Positions 28,912 through 39,700 of a stretch of 64,000 nt of DNA are shown here, one piece after another. The DNA lies in contig JBBSVN010000005.1 of the NCBI GenBank assembly GCA_038046765.1, positions 32,001 through 96,000 of the forward strand. The letters are read 5' to 3'. Origin of the DNA: Candidatus Micrarchaeota archaeon (GTDB lineage Archaea; Micrarchaeota; Micrarchaeia; Anstonellales; Bilamarchaeaceae). The translations under genes and the position numbers were made by a program. Within the stretch, counting starts at the first letter, position 1, and each line of letters opens with the position of its first letter. The notes below the pieces were generated by a model. That model was not told where the DNA came from and made no database searches. It worked only from the letters and a program-made list of their open reading frames with translations.

Positions 28912-30015
28912 CTAAGTTGTAATTTTATCTAGCTGCTTACTTTTTATTCCCTGTTTTATTTCCATCGCAATTCTTCTGCCATAGCTTAAACTGTCTCCGA
29001 AAAGGTAGCCAGAATATGGCGTATAAGCAGTTCCGGGTGATCCAGGAATTCTAAATGAGATATCAAAACAGAAAAACTCTTCCTTACCGCCACTGTTTGT
29101 TATCGCTCCTTGCAATGCAAATGGTCCGATAATTCCTGGAGAAAATTCTTTCTTACAAATATCCACTAATTTTTGTGCACTTTCGAATATATTCTCAAGT
29201 AAACTTTCTCTAAGCGTGCATGCGATATGTCCAACTTCTATGTTATTTACTGATAAATTCTTAATCGAAAGTTGTTCTCGAGCTGGCAATCTTAATACTC
29301 CATCTAAATTCGTCTGCCTTCTTGTGTCTATTCCAAGTAATTCTAATTCTTTTTCTATTGGTGAATAAAAGAAATTAAAATTAAATTGCGCACCGACTAC
29401 AAATTCCTCAATTGTAGCTATCTTCAAATCTTCTCTTTTTATTTTTCCTTCTTTTATGAGTACCTCACTTTTCTCCACATACTCATCATAACTGCCCGCA
29501 AGGAAAAATGCTCTTTCATAGCTGCGTGCTGCTTCTTTTGCCTTTACAATAACTAACCTGTCGATTTTTTGAGGTGAACTTATTTTTTCGGGTTGTTTTA
29601 TCCCACCTTTAGTCATAAGATAATGTTGGTTCTTACTTTCCTCCCGCTCTTCAGCCCGAAGCAGATTCCGATTCCCAAAAACAGGTATATCAAATTTCTT
29701 TTCGATATTTTCATATCCCAAATAAACTGCAAAACTTCTGTTTGGTACAAATATCGCATTCTCATCCTGGAGTATTTTGATATTTTTAGGTTCAACTATA
29801 TCTACGAATTTTGAAACTAGCATATTCTTGTCTACACAGCCGATTTCAGTTTCTCCTCGTGGTCTGGTTTTATAGTGCTGTGTATATGTTTTATCTCTGC
29901 CTTTTTGTGCAACGACTATTGTCCTAAAGCCCTCTTTTTTAGCTCCCTGACAAACGTCAAGAGCAGAATGTGAGCCTATTGTTGCTATAGTATAATCCTT
30001 CATAAAATCATCCAT
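28912..30015 (-). CDS. PurP-like ATP-grasp protein (second paralogue)
   Basis: ATIGSHSALD, VPNRSF, ERAFF, DTRRQTNLDG, GPFALQ, RIPGSPG. Confidence 0.9.
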   Translation of the reverse strand: MDDFMKDYTIATIGSHSALDVCQGAKKEGFRTIVVAQKGRDKTYTQHYKTRPRGETEIGCVDKNMLVSKFVDIVEPKNIKILQDENAIFVPNRSFAVYLGYENIEKKFDIPVFGNRNLLRAEEREESKNQHYLMTKGGIKQPEKISSPQKIDRLVIVKAKEAARSYERAFFLAGSYDEYVEKSEVLIKEGKIKREDLKIATIEEFVVGAQFNFNFFYSPIEKELELLGIDTRRQTNLDGVLRLPAREQLSIKNLSVNNIEVGHIACTLRESLLENIFESAQKLVDICKKEFSPGIIGPFALQGAITNSGGKEEFFCFDISFRIPGSPGTAYTPYSGYLFGDSLSYGRRIAMEIKQGIKSKQLDKITT

Positions 30016-30030
30016 GTTCTATTCATATCA

Positions 30031-30798
30031 TTACTTTGCTTTTATTAGTTTAAGTATGTTTTCCCTACCCTTCTTTATCCTTTTTATTAAACCAAGAACT
30101 TCCATTTCAGATATAATTAAACTCATTTTCGTTTCTGAAAAGTTTAAGATTTGACGTAGTTCTCTTTGAAGAATTCTGCCTTCGTTATCCTGCATTATTT
30201 TTACTATTCTACTAATTTCCTCATCTGGTTTTTCTTTTATTATACCTTGCTCTTCAATATTCTCATCATTGTCATTTTTATTTTCGAGAGTTTTGTTGTT
30301 ACTCGTTTCAATTGCCTGCGTTTTTCCTAATTTTTTTACTAATATATAAATTGCGATTGCTAATCCAATTAATCCTATAATTAAGAATCTATAATCTTCC
30401 AAATTTCCCTTAATTATTTCATTTTCATTAGGTAAGTCCTGATAATTATCCAATATATCATCTATTTGGTCGGGAGCTAAAAGGACAATGTCAAAATTCG
30501 TTTCATTTCCCATTACATTTATGGGATCTTTTGAATACAATAAGAGTTTTCCGGATTCGAAATAAGATGCACTTATATTATAGTTCCCTTCACTTAATTG
30601 TACTAAGTAATTTTGGTTCGCGATAAATTGGGTTGTCCCAACTCCTTCTATCTTTATGATTGTATTATTTATAAGTTCAAAATTCTCTCCATTGATTATG
30701 TCTCCATAAATAGTGGTGGCATTTAGTAAAGTAAGAAATAACAGAAAAGAAGCCAAGATCACAATGTTCTTATTCGTGGATTTTGTTTTTATCTTCAT
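30031..30798 (-). CDS. Membrane-anchored protein with C-terminal wHTH
   Basis: Signal peptide, TM, GRILQRELR..SETKMS..GLIKRIKKGREN. Confidence 0.8.
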   Translation of the reverse strand: MKIKTKSTNKNIVILASFLLFLTLLNATTIYGDIINGENFELINNTIIKIEGVGTTQFIANQNYLVQLSEGNYNISASYFESGKLLLYSKDPINVMGNETNFDIVLLAPDQIDDILDNYQDLPNENEIIKGNLEDYRFLIIGLIGLAIAIYILVKKLGKTQAIETSNNKTLENKNDNDENIEEQGIIKEKPDEEISRIVKIMQDNEGRILQRELRQILNFSETKMSLIISEMEVLGLIKRIKKGRENILKLIKAK

Positions 30799-30864
30799 TA
30801 TAAATACCTTCTTAAATTGTCTTTGAAAGTATGTATTTAAATACTATAATCAAAGAACTTTACT

Positions 30865-31338
30865 ATGACTAATACAATCTTAAAATCATTTTTGTTATTT
30901 TTGTTCTTATCAATAATAACTTCTAGTTATGCTTTTAGTGTGCCTGTAACTAAATCCACTCTTCTAAAAAACTATTATGATCAATTTGAGTGTAACCTTG
31001 ATTTCTACATTTCGGTTTCAGAAGGGACGGCAGCGTATGATTCCAAAGCAGCTCCCATATTATCCAAACTAAATACTGAAAAATCTAACCTTAAGTCCTT
31101 TGCTCTAAAGAACGATGCTAAACGATTTAAGAGCTCATTAATCTCCTTTAGGGATCAGGTAAAATCTGTTGCTAAAAATTATAATCTCGTTCAAAAATCT
31201 CTAAGCATCAAACAACCAATTAAACGAAAGGAAATGGCTGCTTTATTGAATAAATTAATCAATGCTAAAAAGTCTTGTCTAGCGCAACAAAAATTAAAAA
31301 GTTCCACGCAAAATTCTATTTACACTCCGTTCGATTAA
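30865..31338 (+). CDS. Hypothetical secreted protein
   Basis: N-terminal signal peptide. Confidence 0.55.
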   Translation: MTNTILKSFLLFLFLSIITSSYAFSVPVTKSTLLKNYYDQFECNLDFYISVSEGTAAYDSKAAPILSKLNTEKSNLKSFALKNDAKRFKSSLISFRDQVKSVAKNYNLVQKSLSIKQPIKRKEMAALLNKLINAKKSCLAQQKLKSSTQNSIYTPFD

Positions 31339-31379
31339 TTGTTCGATTTGTTTAGTGAACTAAATATAAAACCAAAAAT

Positions 31380-32654
31380 CTAGTTCTTCCTGATTTCAAT
31401 TATTTTTTTATCTAAGTTTTTAAAATTCTTTATTCTGTCTAGTTGCGGGAGAAATAACCTTAATGCAATTTCTATGTTTCTTATTTTTCTTTTTACTTCT
31501 GCCTTTATTCTCCCTGCTTCTATAAACATCCTTGACTTAGCATGTGCTTTTTTAAAATCCCGAAGATGCTCTTTCCTCTTTATTTCTGGTCCGATCATTA
31601 TTCTAAATTTGCTCAATTCTTTTTCTTTTAATCTTAAAATTATCCTTATCTTATTTTCGTTGACATCTATTAAACTTTGGAGAGTTTTAAATCCATTTTG
31701 TCTAAGATAATTATTTAATAATTTTTCGCTTCTTTTTATTTGACCCCACAATATGTCCTCGTTTAAATCTGGTTTTAAGATTTCTAATTCGTATATGTGC
31801 TCATATTTGGCCTTCATCTTAGCAAGCTTTTGCTCAAAAGTCTGGGGGTCATCAAAAAACCTTTTTGTTGGATTTTTCAGGAATTTTTTTGTAAGTTTTT
31901 TAAATATTTTAAAGTTATTTAATGAAAATGCAGCAGCTACATTTCTATTCCTGTCTGTGGGGTCTATGAAAATTAATGGAGCGTTAAATTTTTTTCTAAT
32001 CCTATCGATTTCTGTTTTTTTATCTATCTTTTCTAGCTGTAATAATGTTCCCTCCTCCCAGTTCTGCGCATTTTTCAATGTATTTAGAAACGTTTTATAC
32101 TTTAGTATCAATAGTTCGCATAAGTAGCCTGAGATTCCTTCGTATCTAATTTGTGCACCGTATAATTCATTGCTTTTTAAGAATTTTTTTAGTAGTAATA
32201 CCTCCTCTACCATATCTTTTTTTAGGTTTTTTATAATATACTTTGTATGTAATACACTTCTATCTACTGCGCTTGCCATTTCCGTTGCATTTTTTATTCT
32301 ATAAGCTGGAACTACATCTATTTTTTTACCCTTATAATATAGTTTTATGTAAGGATGTTCTGCATAAGATATCTCGTATCTTTCATTGGGAAATGCCTCT
32401 TCTACGCAATTTCTAACTACTATTTCAAATTCATTTTTATTCTTCTTCCTATCAAAAAGTAGAAATATGTCTATATCCGTACTTTGCCGAAGGTATGTTC
32501 CTTTTGCGATACTTCCTACAAGTACTGCAATAAACTCTTTGGATGTGGCCTGAAGCTTTTTTATACACTTCGCTGCAAGCTTCTTCTCATATCTATCTTC
32601 TTCTTTTGTTGGTTTTATACCTTCTAGCACATTCTTTAGAAAATCATCTTTCAT
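31380..32654 (-). CDS. cca: CCA-adding tRNA nucleotidyltransferase (class I)
   Basis: GSIAKGTYL, DIDIF, YAEHPY, DVVP, SAVDRS, GISGYLCELL, DPTDRNRNVAAA. Confidence 0.95.
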   Translation of the reverse strand: MKDDFLKNVLEGIKPTKEEDRYEKKLAAKCIKKLQATSKEFIAVLVGSIAKGTYLRQSTDIDIFLLFDRKKNKNEFEIVVRNCVEEAFPNERYEISYAEHPYIKLYYKGKKIDVVPAYRIKNATEMASAVDRSVLHTKYIIKNLKKDMVEEVLLLKKFLKSNELYGAQIRYEGISGYLCELLILKYKTFLNTLKNAQNWEEGTLLQLEKIDKKTEIDRIRKKFNAPLIFIDPTDRNRNVAAAFSLNNFKIFKKLTKKFLKNPTKRFFDDPQTFEQKLAKMKAKYEHIYELEILKPDLNEDILWGQIKRSEKLLNNYLRQNGFKTLQSLIDVNENKIRIILRLKEKELSKFRIMIGPEIKRKEHLRDFKKAHAKSRMFIEAGRIKAEVKRKIRNIEIALRLFLPQLDRIKNFKNLDKKIIEIRKN

Positions 32655-32691
32655 ACATAAATTTTAAAATGAAAACTATTTAATCAATGCT

Positions 32692-34953
32692 ATGGCAAGA
32701 AATTTAATTTTTATTATGTTAATCTCATTAGTTCTTTTATCTGGTTGCACTTCAAAGAGCCTGGAGTCAGGAACTCAAAAAGAATTACTCATACGTCAAA
32801 ATACGTTTGATCTTGATGAAGATCAACTTATTGACTATTCGGTCTTTACTTTTTCTACTATAAATTATCCATCGGTTAAATCCTCTTCAACTCGTCAGTT
32901 GTTTGTAACTACTCAGTATGCTCCTGAGTCTATTTTGCTAAACTCAGTTAACTTGAGTACTGCAGTACAATTACAATCTTACTTTAATTCATATATCTCC
33001 CAGAGAACATCTGTAGAATCTTCTTGTAACGCTAAACTTGGCTTAAATGTTGCAGGTTGTTCAAGTTCTAAATCTTGTGCAGACATTTGCTCTTCATCAT
33101 CAGTACAATGCAAATCTTTAGTTAATTCTTACGGCGATTTTATCGGGGACTCCCTTCTACTGTACCAAAGTGATTTTAACGATTTAAAATCAACTGAAGC
33201 CCAAGTTTCATCGTTAATTAATAAGTTGCCATCTATTTCAACAGAACAACAAACAGATCTGTTAAACAAATTATTCTACCTAAAAAATAAGATTATTCAG
33301 ATTAAAACCAATCCGCTTGTTACTTTAAATTCTGTTAAAAGTTGTGACATGGAAAATTTGTCTGAACAAAACCTTCTTTTAGTGACTTCTTCATTAGCTA
33401 ATTACACTCTTTCACCGTCTTCTTATAGATATAATACTCTTTTATTAATTGCATTTAATCAGGCAACAACAGACTCAAACCTAAAGTCAGCCCAAGCTTC
33501 ATTTACAGATATAATCCCTTCAACATTATCTGCAAGTATGAGTTCAATTCTAGTTTCCCCAAGTACGACTTTTACTGCTGGTACCCATGCAGGAAGTAGT
33601 ATTTCGTCTCATGCAATTAAGCCATTACCCCCTAACACCGTGTCATCTTATAGTTTTATTTCAACAGCCGCGCCCGTTGACGCGCTTACCCAAATTCAGT
33701 CCCCCAATATAATATTTACAATTTCCGACCTTGGATTCGCATCTTCTATTGGCGTTGTTTATTCACTATTCTTTTCAATAACCTCTAATTTCTATGTATC
33801 ATTCTCTTTGGCGCTTACGATATGCTTAATTATACTGTGGGTTTTGTTTCAACTTATATACCTAGTTTATAACCTGATTACTGCTTCGCAATCTAATCAA
33901 CCCTTTGGGTCTGCCCTTAGATCTACTTTTGGCAGGATTAAGATTAATTGGAAAGCTGACCTATTTGTTGCGATTGGTGCATTTATATTTGGGCTGCTGG
34001 TAAGTTTTGTCTCCACACCTGCAAACGCTTCCTTGGATTTTTTATCTATTATTGATTTAGCGTTTTCGGATTTTAAAATTCTTGTTTCCTTAGCTTTGTT
34101 TTCTCTTGGGTTTATGTTTGTATATTTTGCATTTGAAAATAAAGTCAAAGTATTTCTCATGGAAAAATATTATGGAAGAGCTATATACGAAGAAAAAAAT
34201 CTCAATATATCGCGAGCAACAGAGTTAAAATCAAGCTCGCGTGAACTTAAGTCTCTTTTGGATGTTATGACTAAAGAAAACTTTGATGTTGGAAATGAGT
34301 ACGAAATATTAACTCCTATTCCAGAAGACCGTATTAATACTTTATCTGCAAAAGCAGATTCATATTCAAGAAAAGTTATTGATGAAGAATTATTTAAAGT
34401 AGAAGATACTTTGCGTAAACTTCAGGAAAGGCGTAAACTTGCAATCGAAAGGTGGCCTTTATGGGAAAAATCCATGTCTGAATTATTTAGTGAAAACGTT
34501 GAAGTTTCATCTTCTTCACTTACCTTTATCCCAAGTCCCCTTCGTGACTGGGCACTTAAAAAATATCTTAGTGCACACTCTAATGAAAACGTTTCCTTGT
34601 CTGGTGAAACTTTAAAAAGAAAAACTATTACTGCAGAAAAAACTGCCGAAACATTCGTTAACAAAGGTTTAGTTCATGGTTGTGTTATAATTCGGGATAA
34701 CAAAATTTCATTTTCCTCCCTAACTGAAGGCAGCTCAACAATGTTTGGTGTACTATCTTTTAAGCTTATCGAGGATCTTAAATCTCTTCCAAAGTATCTT
34801 TCATTCGGAGTAGTACATTCTTCGGTTTCTGTTGGTGAAAAATACGTGTTTGCATTAATTAGGCAAAAGACAATTGACAGCGTACTTATTCTTGAAAAGC
34901 CTAAATTCAAGGAAGCTATTGAAGAATGGAAAACGAAGATGAAAGGCTTCTAG
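32692..34953 (+). CDS. Large membrane lipoprotein: Cys-rich extracellular region, TM segments, cytoplasmic tail
   Basis: LSGC lipobox, Cys cluster, 3-4 TM segments. Confidence 0.65.
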   Translation: MARNLIFIMLISLVLLSGCTSKSLESGTQKELLIRQNTFDLDEDQLIDYSVFTFSTINYPSVKSSSTRQLFVTTQYAPESILLNSVNLSTAVQLQSYFNSYISQRTSVESSCNAKLGLNVAGCSSSKSCADICSSSSVQCKSLVNSYGDFIGDSLLLYQSDFNDLKSTEAQVSSLINKLPSISTEQQTDLLNKLFYLKNKIIQIKTNPLVTLNSVKSCDMENLSEQNLLLVTSSLANYTLSPSSYRYNTLLLIAFNQATTDSNLKSAQASFTDIIPSTLSASMSSILVSPSTTFTAGTHAGSSISSHAIKPLPPNTVSSYSFISTAAPVDALTQIQSPNIIFTISDLGFASSIGVVYSLFFSITSNFYVSFSLALTICLIILWVLFQLIYLVYNLITASQSNQPFGSALRSTFGRIKINWKADLFVAIGAFIFGLLVSFVSTPANASLDFLSIIDLAFSDFKILVSLALFSLGFMFVYFAFENKVKVFLMEKYYGRAIYEEKNLNISRATELKSSSRELKSLLDVMTKENFDVGNEYEILTPIPEDRINTLSAKADSYSRKVIDEELFKVEDTLRKLQERRKLAIERWPLWEKSMSELFSENVEVSSSSLTFIPSPLRDWALKKYLSAHSNENVSLSGETLKRKTITAEKTAETFVNKGLVHGCVIIRDNKISFSSLTEGSSTMFGVLSFKLIEDLKSLPKYLSFGVVHSSVSVGEKYVFALIRQKTIDSVLILEKPKFKEAIEEWKTKMKGF

Positions 34954-35054
34954 TTTTGTAGCTTCTTCCCAGTGTTTTCCTTGGGACACTTATTTAAATA
35001 TATTTCTTTACCTTAATATGTTATAAAAAATAAAATCATTTGAGGTGAAAATAC

Positions 35055-35358
35055 ATGGGAAGAAGCGAAAACGTAGCTTGTAAAAATGTAAACGGGTGTT
35101 TAGAAATCCAGTAAAGGAACTGTTAATCTAACAAATAAAAATGAAAATCGAAAGTCTAGTTTTAATAAAAAAGTCGAACTTAAAAAGTCAGTTTCTCTAG
35201 ACGGGGAAAAGTTAAACCAATTATTTAAAGCATATTATTCTAAGCCATACTCTTTGCGGCAGCTTGCAACCATGTTTGGAGTTAGTCGTATGACTGTTTG
35301 GCGAGCTGTGCAAAACTTTGTGCCATCTACTATTGGGGCTAACCCCTCTTTTTTATAG
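35055..35358 (+). CDS. Small HTH protein, start and HTH in different frames (+1); paralogue of 13315..13531
   Basis: GAGGTG RBS + MGRSENVACKNVNGCLEIQ*; +1 frame ...YSLRQLATMFGVSRMTVWRAV...*. Confidence 0.65.
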
Positions 35359-35371
35359 AGGTGAATTAAAC

Positions 35372-35818
35372 ATGCGTGTTGCATTTGCAGAGTCTAGACA
35401 ATCTGATCGTTCGCTACCTACAAATAAAATTTCTTTAGGTGATTTAGTTAAGCGTTTTAAAGATGATCCAAGGTTAATGCAAAGTTTAGCATTTCAAAGA
35501 GTTCATGCTGACCTAGATTCTACTTTATGGGATCCAGATAAATTATATCTCGCTTCATTAAGACACGTTCCAACTGACGATGTATCTGAAAAAGTTCGTT
35601 TAGGTGCTTTTGTAGTTAGTTTGTGTCGCCTTAGTTTAAGACCAGATGTTGCTCCTGTTCTTTACCAAGGCCATAGTGATTCGTCTCGGTTTGTCCTAAG
35701 TTCTGGGTTTAAAGAGAATGCTTTAGCTCATTTTGTGTATTTTGTTCCTGTACGTGAGCCAATGAGTGAAGAACTTAGTGCGTATTTTCATGAGCGTGAA
35801 ATGAGGATGCGAACCTAA
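35372..35818 (+). CDS. Hypothetical protein
   Basis: ATG after GAGGTG RBS within ORF 35318..35818. Confidence 0.5.
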   Translation: MRVAFAESRQSDRSLPTNKISLGDLVKRFKDDPRLMQSLAFQRVHADLDSTLWDPDKLYLASLRHVPTDDVSEKVRLGAFVVSLCRLSLRPDVAPVLYQGHSDSSRFVLSSGFKENALAHFVYFVPVREPMSEELSAYFHEREMRMRT

Positions 35819-35890
35819 CTCCTTTAATTTTAATTCCATTTATATTTTTTCCTATTCTAATTATACTTATCATAATAAATCAAAACATTA

Positions 35891-36106
35891 GTGATATCTA
35901 TGAAAACAAAAATATTTTTCTTATTTGCAATTTTGATTTTATCCGCTAGTTTAATCTATGCTAATGAAAAAGCAGGAGAAGCTGGCACAGAAAAGACTGT
36001 AGAAAAAGTAGATGTTTGGGAAAAAGTAGGGTTAATGCTTATAGGAGTTGTTGTTTCGGCAATACTTATCCTGCTTTTTGTGTTTTTAACTAAGGGGAAA
36101 TATTAG
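35891..36106 (+). CDS. Small membrane protein
   Basis: Signal peptide + C-terminal TM. Confidence 0.55.
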   Translation: MISMKTKIFFLFAILILSASLIYANEKAGEAGTEKTVEKVDVWEKVGLMLIGVVVSAILILLFVFLTKGKY

Positions 36107-36119
36107 CTTTTTTATAATT

Positions 36120-36779
36120 TTATATTTGTAATTTTTTCACAGTTTCATATAATGCATCTAACGACTTAAATATATCTTTAGTTGTTATTTCAGATTTTAC
36201 TATAATTAGATTAACCTTAGTAGAACCTATTTCGAATATTATGTCGAAAGGAGTTCGTATCAAAGGTGTTCCTCTATCATAAAGTCTCATATTAGGAGTA
36301 ACATCCGCAAATTTTTCGTAAACATCTTTTAGCCCCACCTCAACAAATTTCTCTTTTGAATCTAAAAAAGCGTATTTTGGCGCGACCCCTAACCTATTCT
36401 CTGTTTCGATTGATAAAATCCAGTAGAAAAAGCTTGATAATTTTCCTTGCATTGTAAAACCGCCGTATGCTGCGTACCTAGAAATCAATATCTTATAAGT
36501 TCTTTTATCATATTCTCCTTGCCACGCCATTCCATCTATTGGTTTTCCAGTTATTTGAAATCCTTTCTTGTTTAGCTCCTTATTTATGTTTTCAAAATAT
36601 CCTAAATCTTTATGACTTTGATACCACATATATCCTAAACCGCCTAAGAAAATTATTGTGAACGCCAATATTCCTGCCGTATTTGCTCTAGGTGTAGCAA
36701 AATAGTAAAGAAATACGAAAAAAATTATGCTAATTATAAGAATAATTAAATAAATCCGATCGATAGGGGTTATTCTCAT
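36120..36779 (-). CDS. Hypothetical membrane protein
   Basis: Two N-terminal TM segments. Confidence 0.6.
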   Translation of the reverse strand: MRITPIDRIYLIILIISIIFFVFLYYFATPRANTAGILAFTIIFLGGLGYMWYQSHKDLGYFENINKELNKKGFQITGKPIDGMAWQGEYDKRTYKILISRYAAYGGFTMQGKLSSFFYWILSIETENRLGVAPKYAFLDSKEKFVEVGLKDVYEKFADVTPNMRLYDRGTPLIRTPFDIIFEIGSTKVNLIIVKSEITTKDIFKSLDALYETVKKLQI

Positions 36780-39700
36780 TTAGTCCACTTTCTTTTCATG
36801 TGCGTTTGCTGGGGGTTTTTCTTCCTGTGCATTTACTTCTGTTCCATTTGTTTTTTCCTTCGGTACATTTGCTTGGTCGGTTTCTCCTGCATTCACCGTA
36901 TTTACTACGTCTGTTTCTTGCGTCGTATCTGGTTTACTTTCAAATGCGGCAAAGCTAGCGACCTTTTCCCCTTCGTTAAGTTTGATTATCCTAACTCCCA
37001 TCGTGTTCCTGCCGATTATCGAGATTCCATTCGCTCCTACGCGTATTGTCTGGCCTTTGTCAGTTACAACTAAAATCTCATCGTTTTCATTTACGCATTT
37101 AGCTCCGCAGACAAAACCATTTCTTTCTTCGGTTTTTATGTTTATTATTCCGCTTCCGCCTCGCCCTTGTAATCGGTATTCTTCAATCTCGGTTCGTTTT
37201 CCGTATCCGTTTTCAGTTATTGTCAATAATACGGAAGTATTGCAAACAGTCATGCTGACAACTTCGTCATCATCGTCCATCCTAATTCCAATTACCCCTT
37301 GGCCGGTTCGTCCTATTTCGCGTGCATCTTCTTCCATGAATCTTATTGATTGACCTTTTTTAGTTGAAATTAAAACGCTTTGCTTGCCATCGGTTTTAAC
37401 TACATCAACTAGTCCGTCCTTTTCCTTTAATGTAATTGCAATAATTCCGTTTTTTCTTGGATTATTAAAGTTTGCTAGTGAGGTTCTTTTTATTATCCCC
37501 AACTTAGTTGACATCATTAAAAATTCATTTTCATTGAACTTGTCAACAGAAATCCATGAGGTTACCTTTTCATCTTTAAGATCAAGCAAGTTAACTATCG
37601 TTTTTCCTGTTGCATGTCTTGAAACCTCTGGGACTTTATATGATTTCAACCAAAATACTCTTCCTAAATTCGTGAAGCATAACATGTAATTGTGATTTTT
37701 AGTTACAATAACATCGAGTATTGCATCTTCTTCTTTTGTCTCGCCACCAACTCCCTTTCCGCCTCTTCTTTGTACGTGATACTCGTTTAATTTCATTCTT
37801 TTTATGTATCCTCTTCCAGTTATTGCTAGTACAACGTCATCGTTTGGAATAAGCGCTTCGTCATCAATCTCCTCATCGCTATCAAGTATTTCTGTTCTTC
37901 TTGGGTTGTTGTGTTTTTCTTTTATTTCTGCTAATTCTACTTTTATAATTTCTAAAATTTTGTTAATATCTGAAAGAATATCTTTTAATTTTAAAATTTC
38001 TTTCATCAGTTCGCTTAGTTCTTCCTCTATCTTCTTTCTTTCTAATGAAATTAATTTTTGGAGTCTCATATCTAAAATAGCGTTAGCTTGTTTTTCGCTT
38101 AGTTGATAATTATTCATTAATCCAAGTCTTGCTTCCTGAACATCTTTTGATTTTTTTAAGAATGCGACTATTGGTTCAATGTTGTCTAATGCCTTAGTTA
38201 ATCCTTCTAATATGTGTGCTTTATCTGTTGCAACTCTAAGTTCAAATTGGCATCTTCTTGTTACAATTTCTTTTCTAAAATCTACAAATTCACGAATCAT
38301 TTCATATAACGGAAGTACTTTTGGTTGCTTTCCAACAAGTAGTAAATTTATTATTCCAAAACTTGATTGTAAACCCGTATGCGTATAAAGTTGGTTTAGT
38401 GTTACTTCTGGGTTGGCATCTCTTGTTAATTCAACCACTACTTCTATTCCAGTTCGGTCGCTTAAATCATGTACTCCGCGAACTCCTTCGATTACCTTAT
38501 CCCGAACTTTATCTGCAATCGTTTCGATGATACTAGTTTTAGTTACCTGGTATGGAATTTCTTTTATTATTATCGCATTTTTCTTATGGTCTATTTCGCA
38601 TTTTCCTCTTAATTTTATGCTTCCTCTTCCTGTTTTTTGAGCGTTATAAATCCCGTTTCTTCCTAATATTTGTCCGCCAGTTGGAAAATCAGGGCCCAAA
38701 ACATGGCTCATAACCTGTTCTTCATTTGCGCCACTAATGTAAGCCAATATTCCATCAACAATTTCGCCTAGGTTATGCGGTGGCATGTTTGTTGCCATAC
38801 CAACTGCGATTCCAGAACTTCCGTTAATTAATAAGTTTGGAAATTTACTTGGCATTACTGTCGGTTCCTTTAATGTTCCATCAAAATTAGGTACAAAATC
38901 TACTGTTTCTTTTTCTAAATCATTTAGCATTTCTTCAGCAAGTTTTTGTAATCTTACCTCGGTATATCTCATTGAAGCGGGCGGGTCTCCATCAATCGAA
39001 CCAAAATTTCCCTGTCCTTCTACTAAAGTGTATCTCATGCTAAATTCTTGAGCCATTCTTACTAATGACTCGTAAATAGGTGAGTCTCCGTGTGGATGGT
39101 ACTTACCCATACAATTATGAGAAATCATTCCGTTTGCAATAAATTCATGCGAGTTTTCAACTTGAATGTCGTAAGTTTTTTCGATACCCGCGTCCTCTAT
39201 TTTTTCCACTTTTAAGAAATATGTGTCATTGTCTAAAACTTCATTTATGAAATTAGCTAAAGGAGATTTCATTTGATTTAATTTTTCTTGTATCCCCAAA
39301 TCAACAATCTGGGTTCTTCCAAGATTTTTTTCTTTTAAGTCCTTTGAATATCTAATTTTTGTTCCATCAGGGTATTTTATCCCCATTTTGAATTTTTGGT
39401 TATCTGCATCTTGGTACCAGCCACCGCCTAAATGCTTATTACTAAATTCTCCAAATATTATCTTTCCTGCATATGGGATTTGGTCATATTTGCAAACTTT
39501 CATATCTTGTCCTATTTTTTCCTTACCTGCTATTTTTCTTTCATCAAAGAATTCTAACATTTCCGCTAATTCAATTGCAAATCTACTTCTTACTTCAAGT
39601 GAGTGTGCTGGGAAATTTCCCTTAGCCATTCTACCATTTATCATGTGTGCTTCTTTGGGTTCCTGCACATATCTTGTACTAAAAATACCTATATGTTGTA

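Noticed and set aside
35055..35103. TAG readthrough (pyrrolysine or alternative code) explaining the HTH ORFs
   Set aside because: The +1 frames have further stops and no start upstream of the TAG, and TAG terminates other genes here normally.
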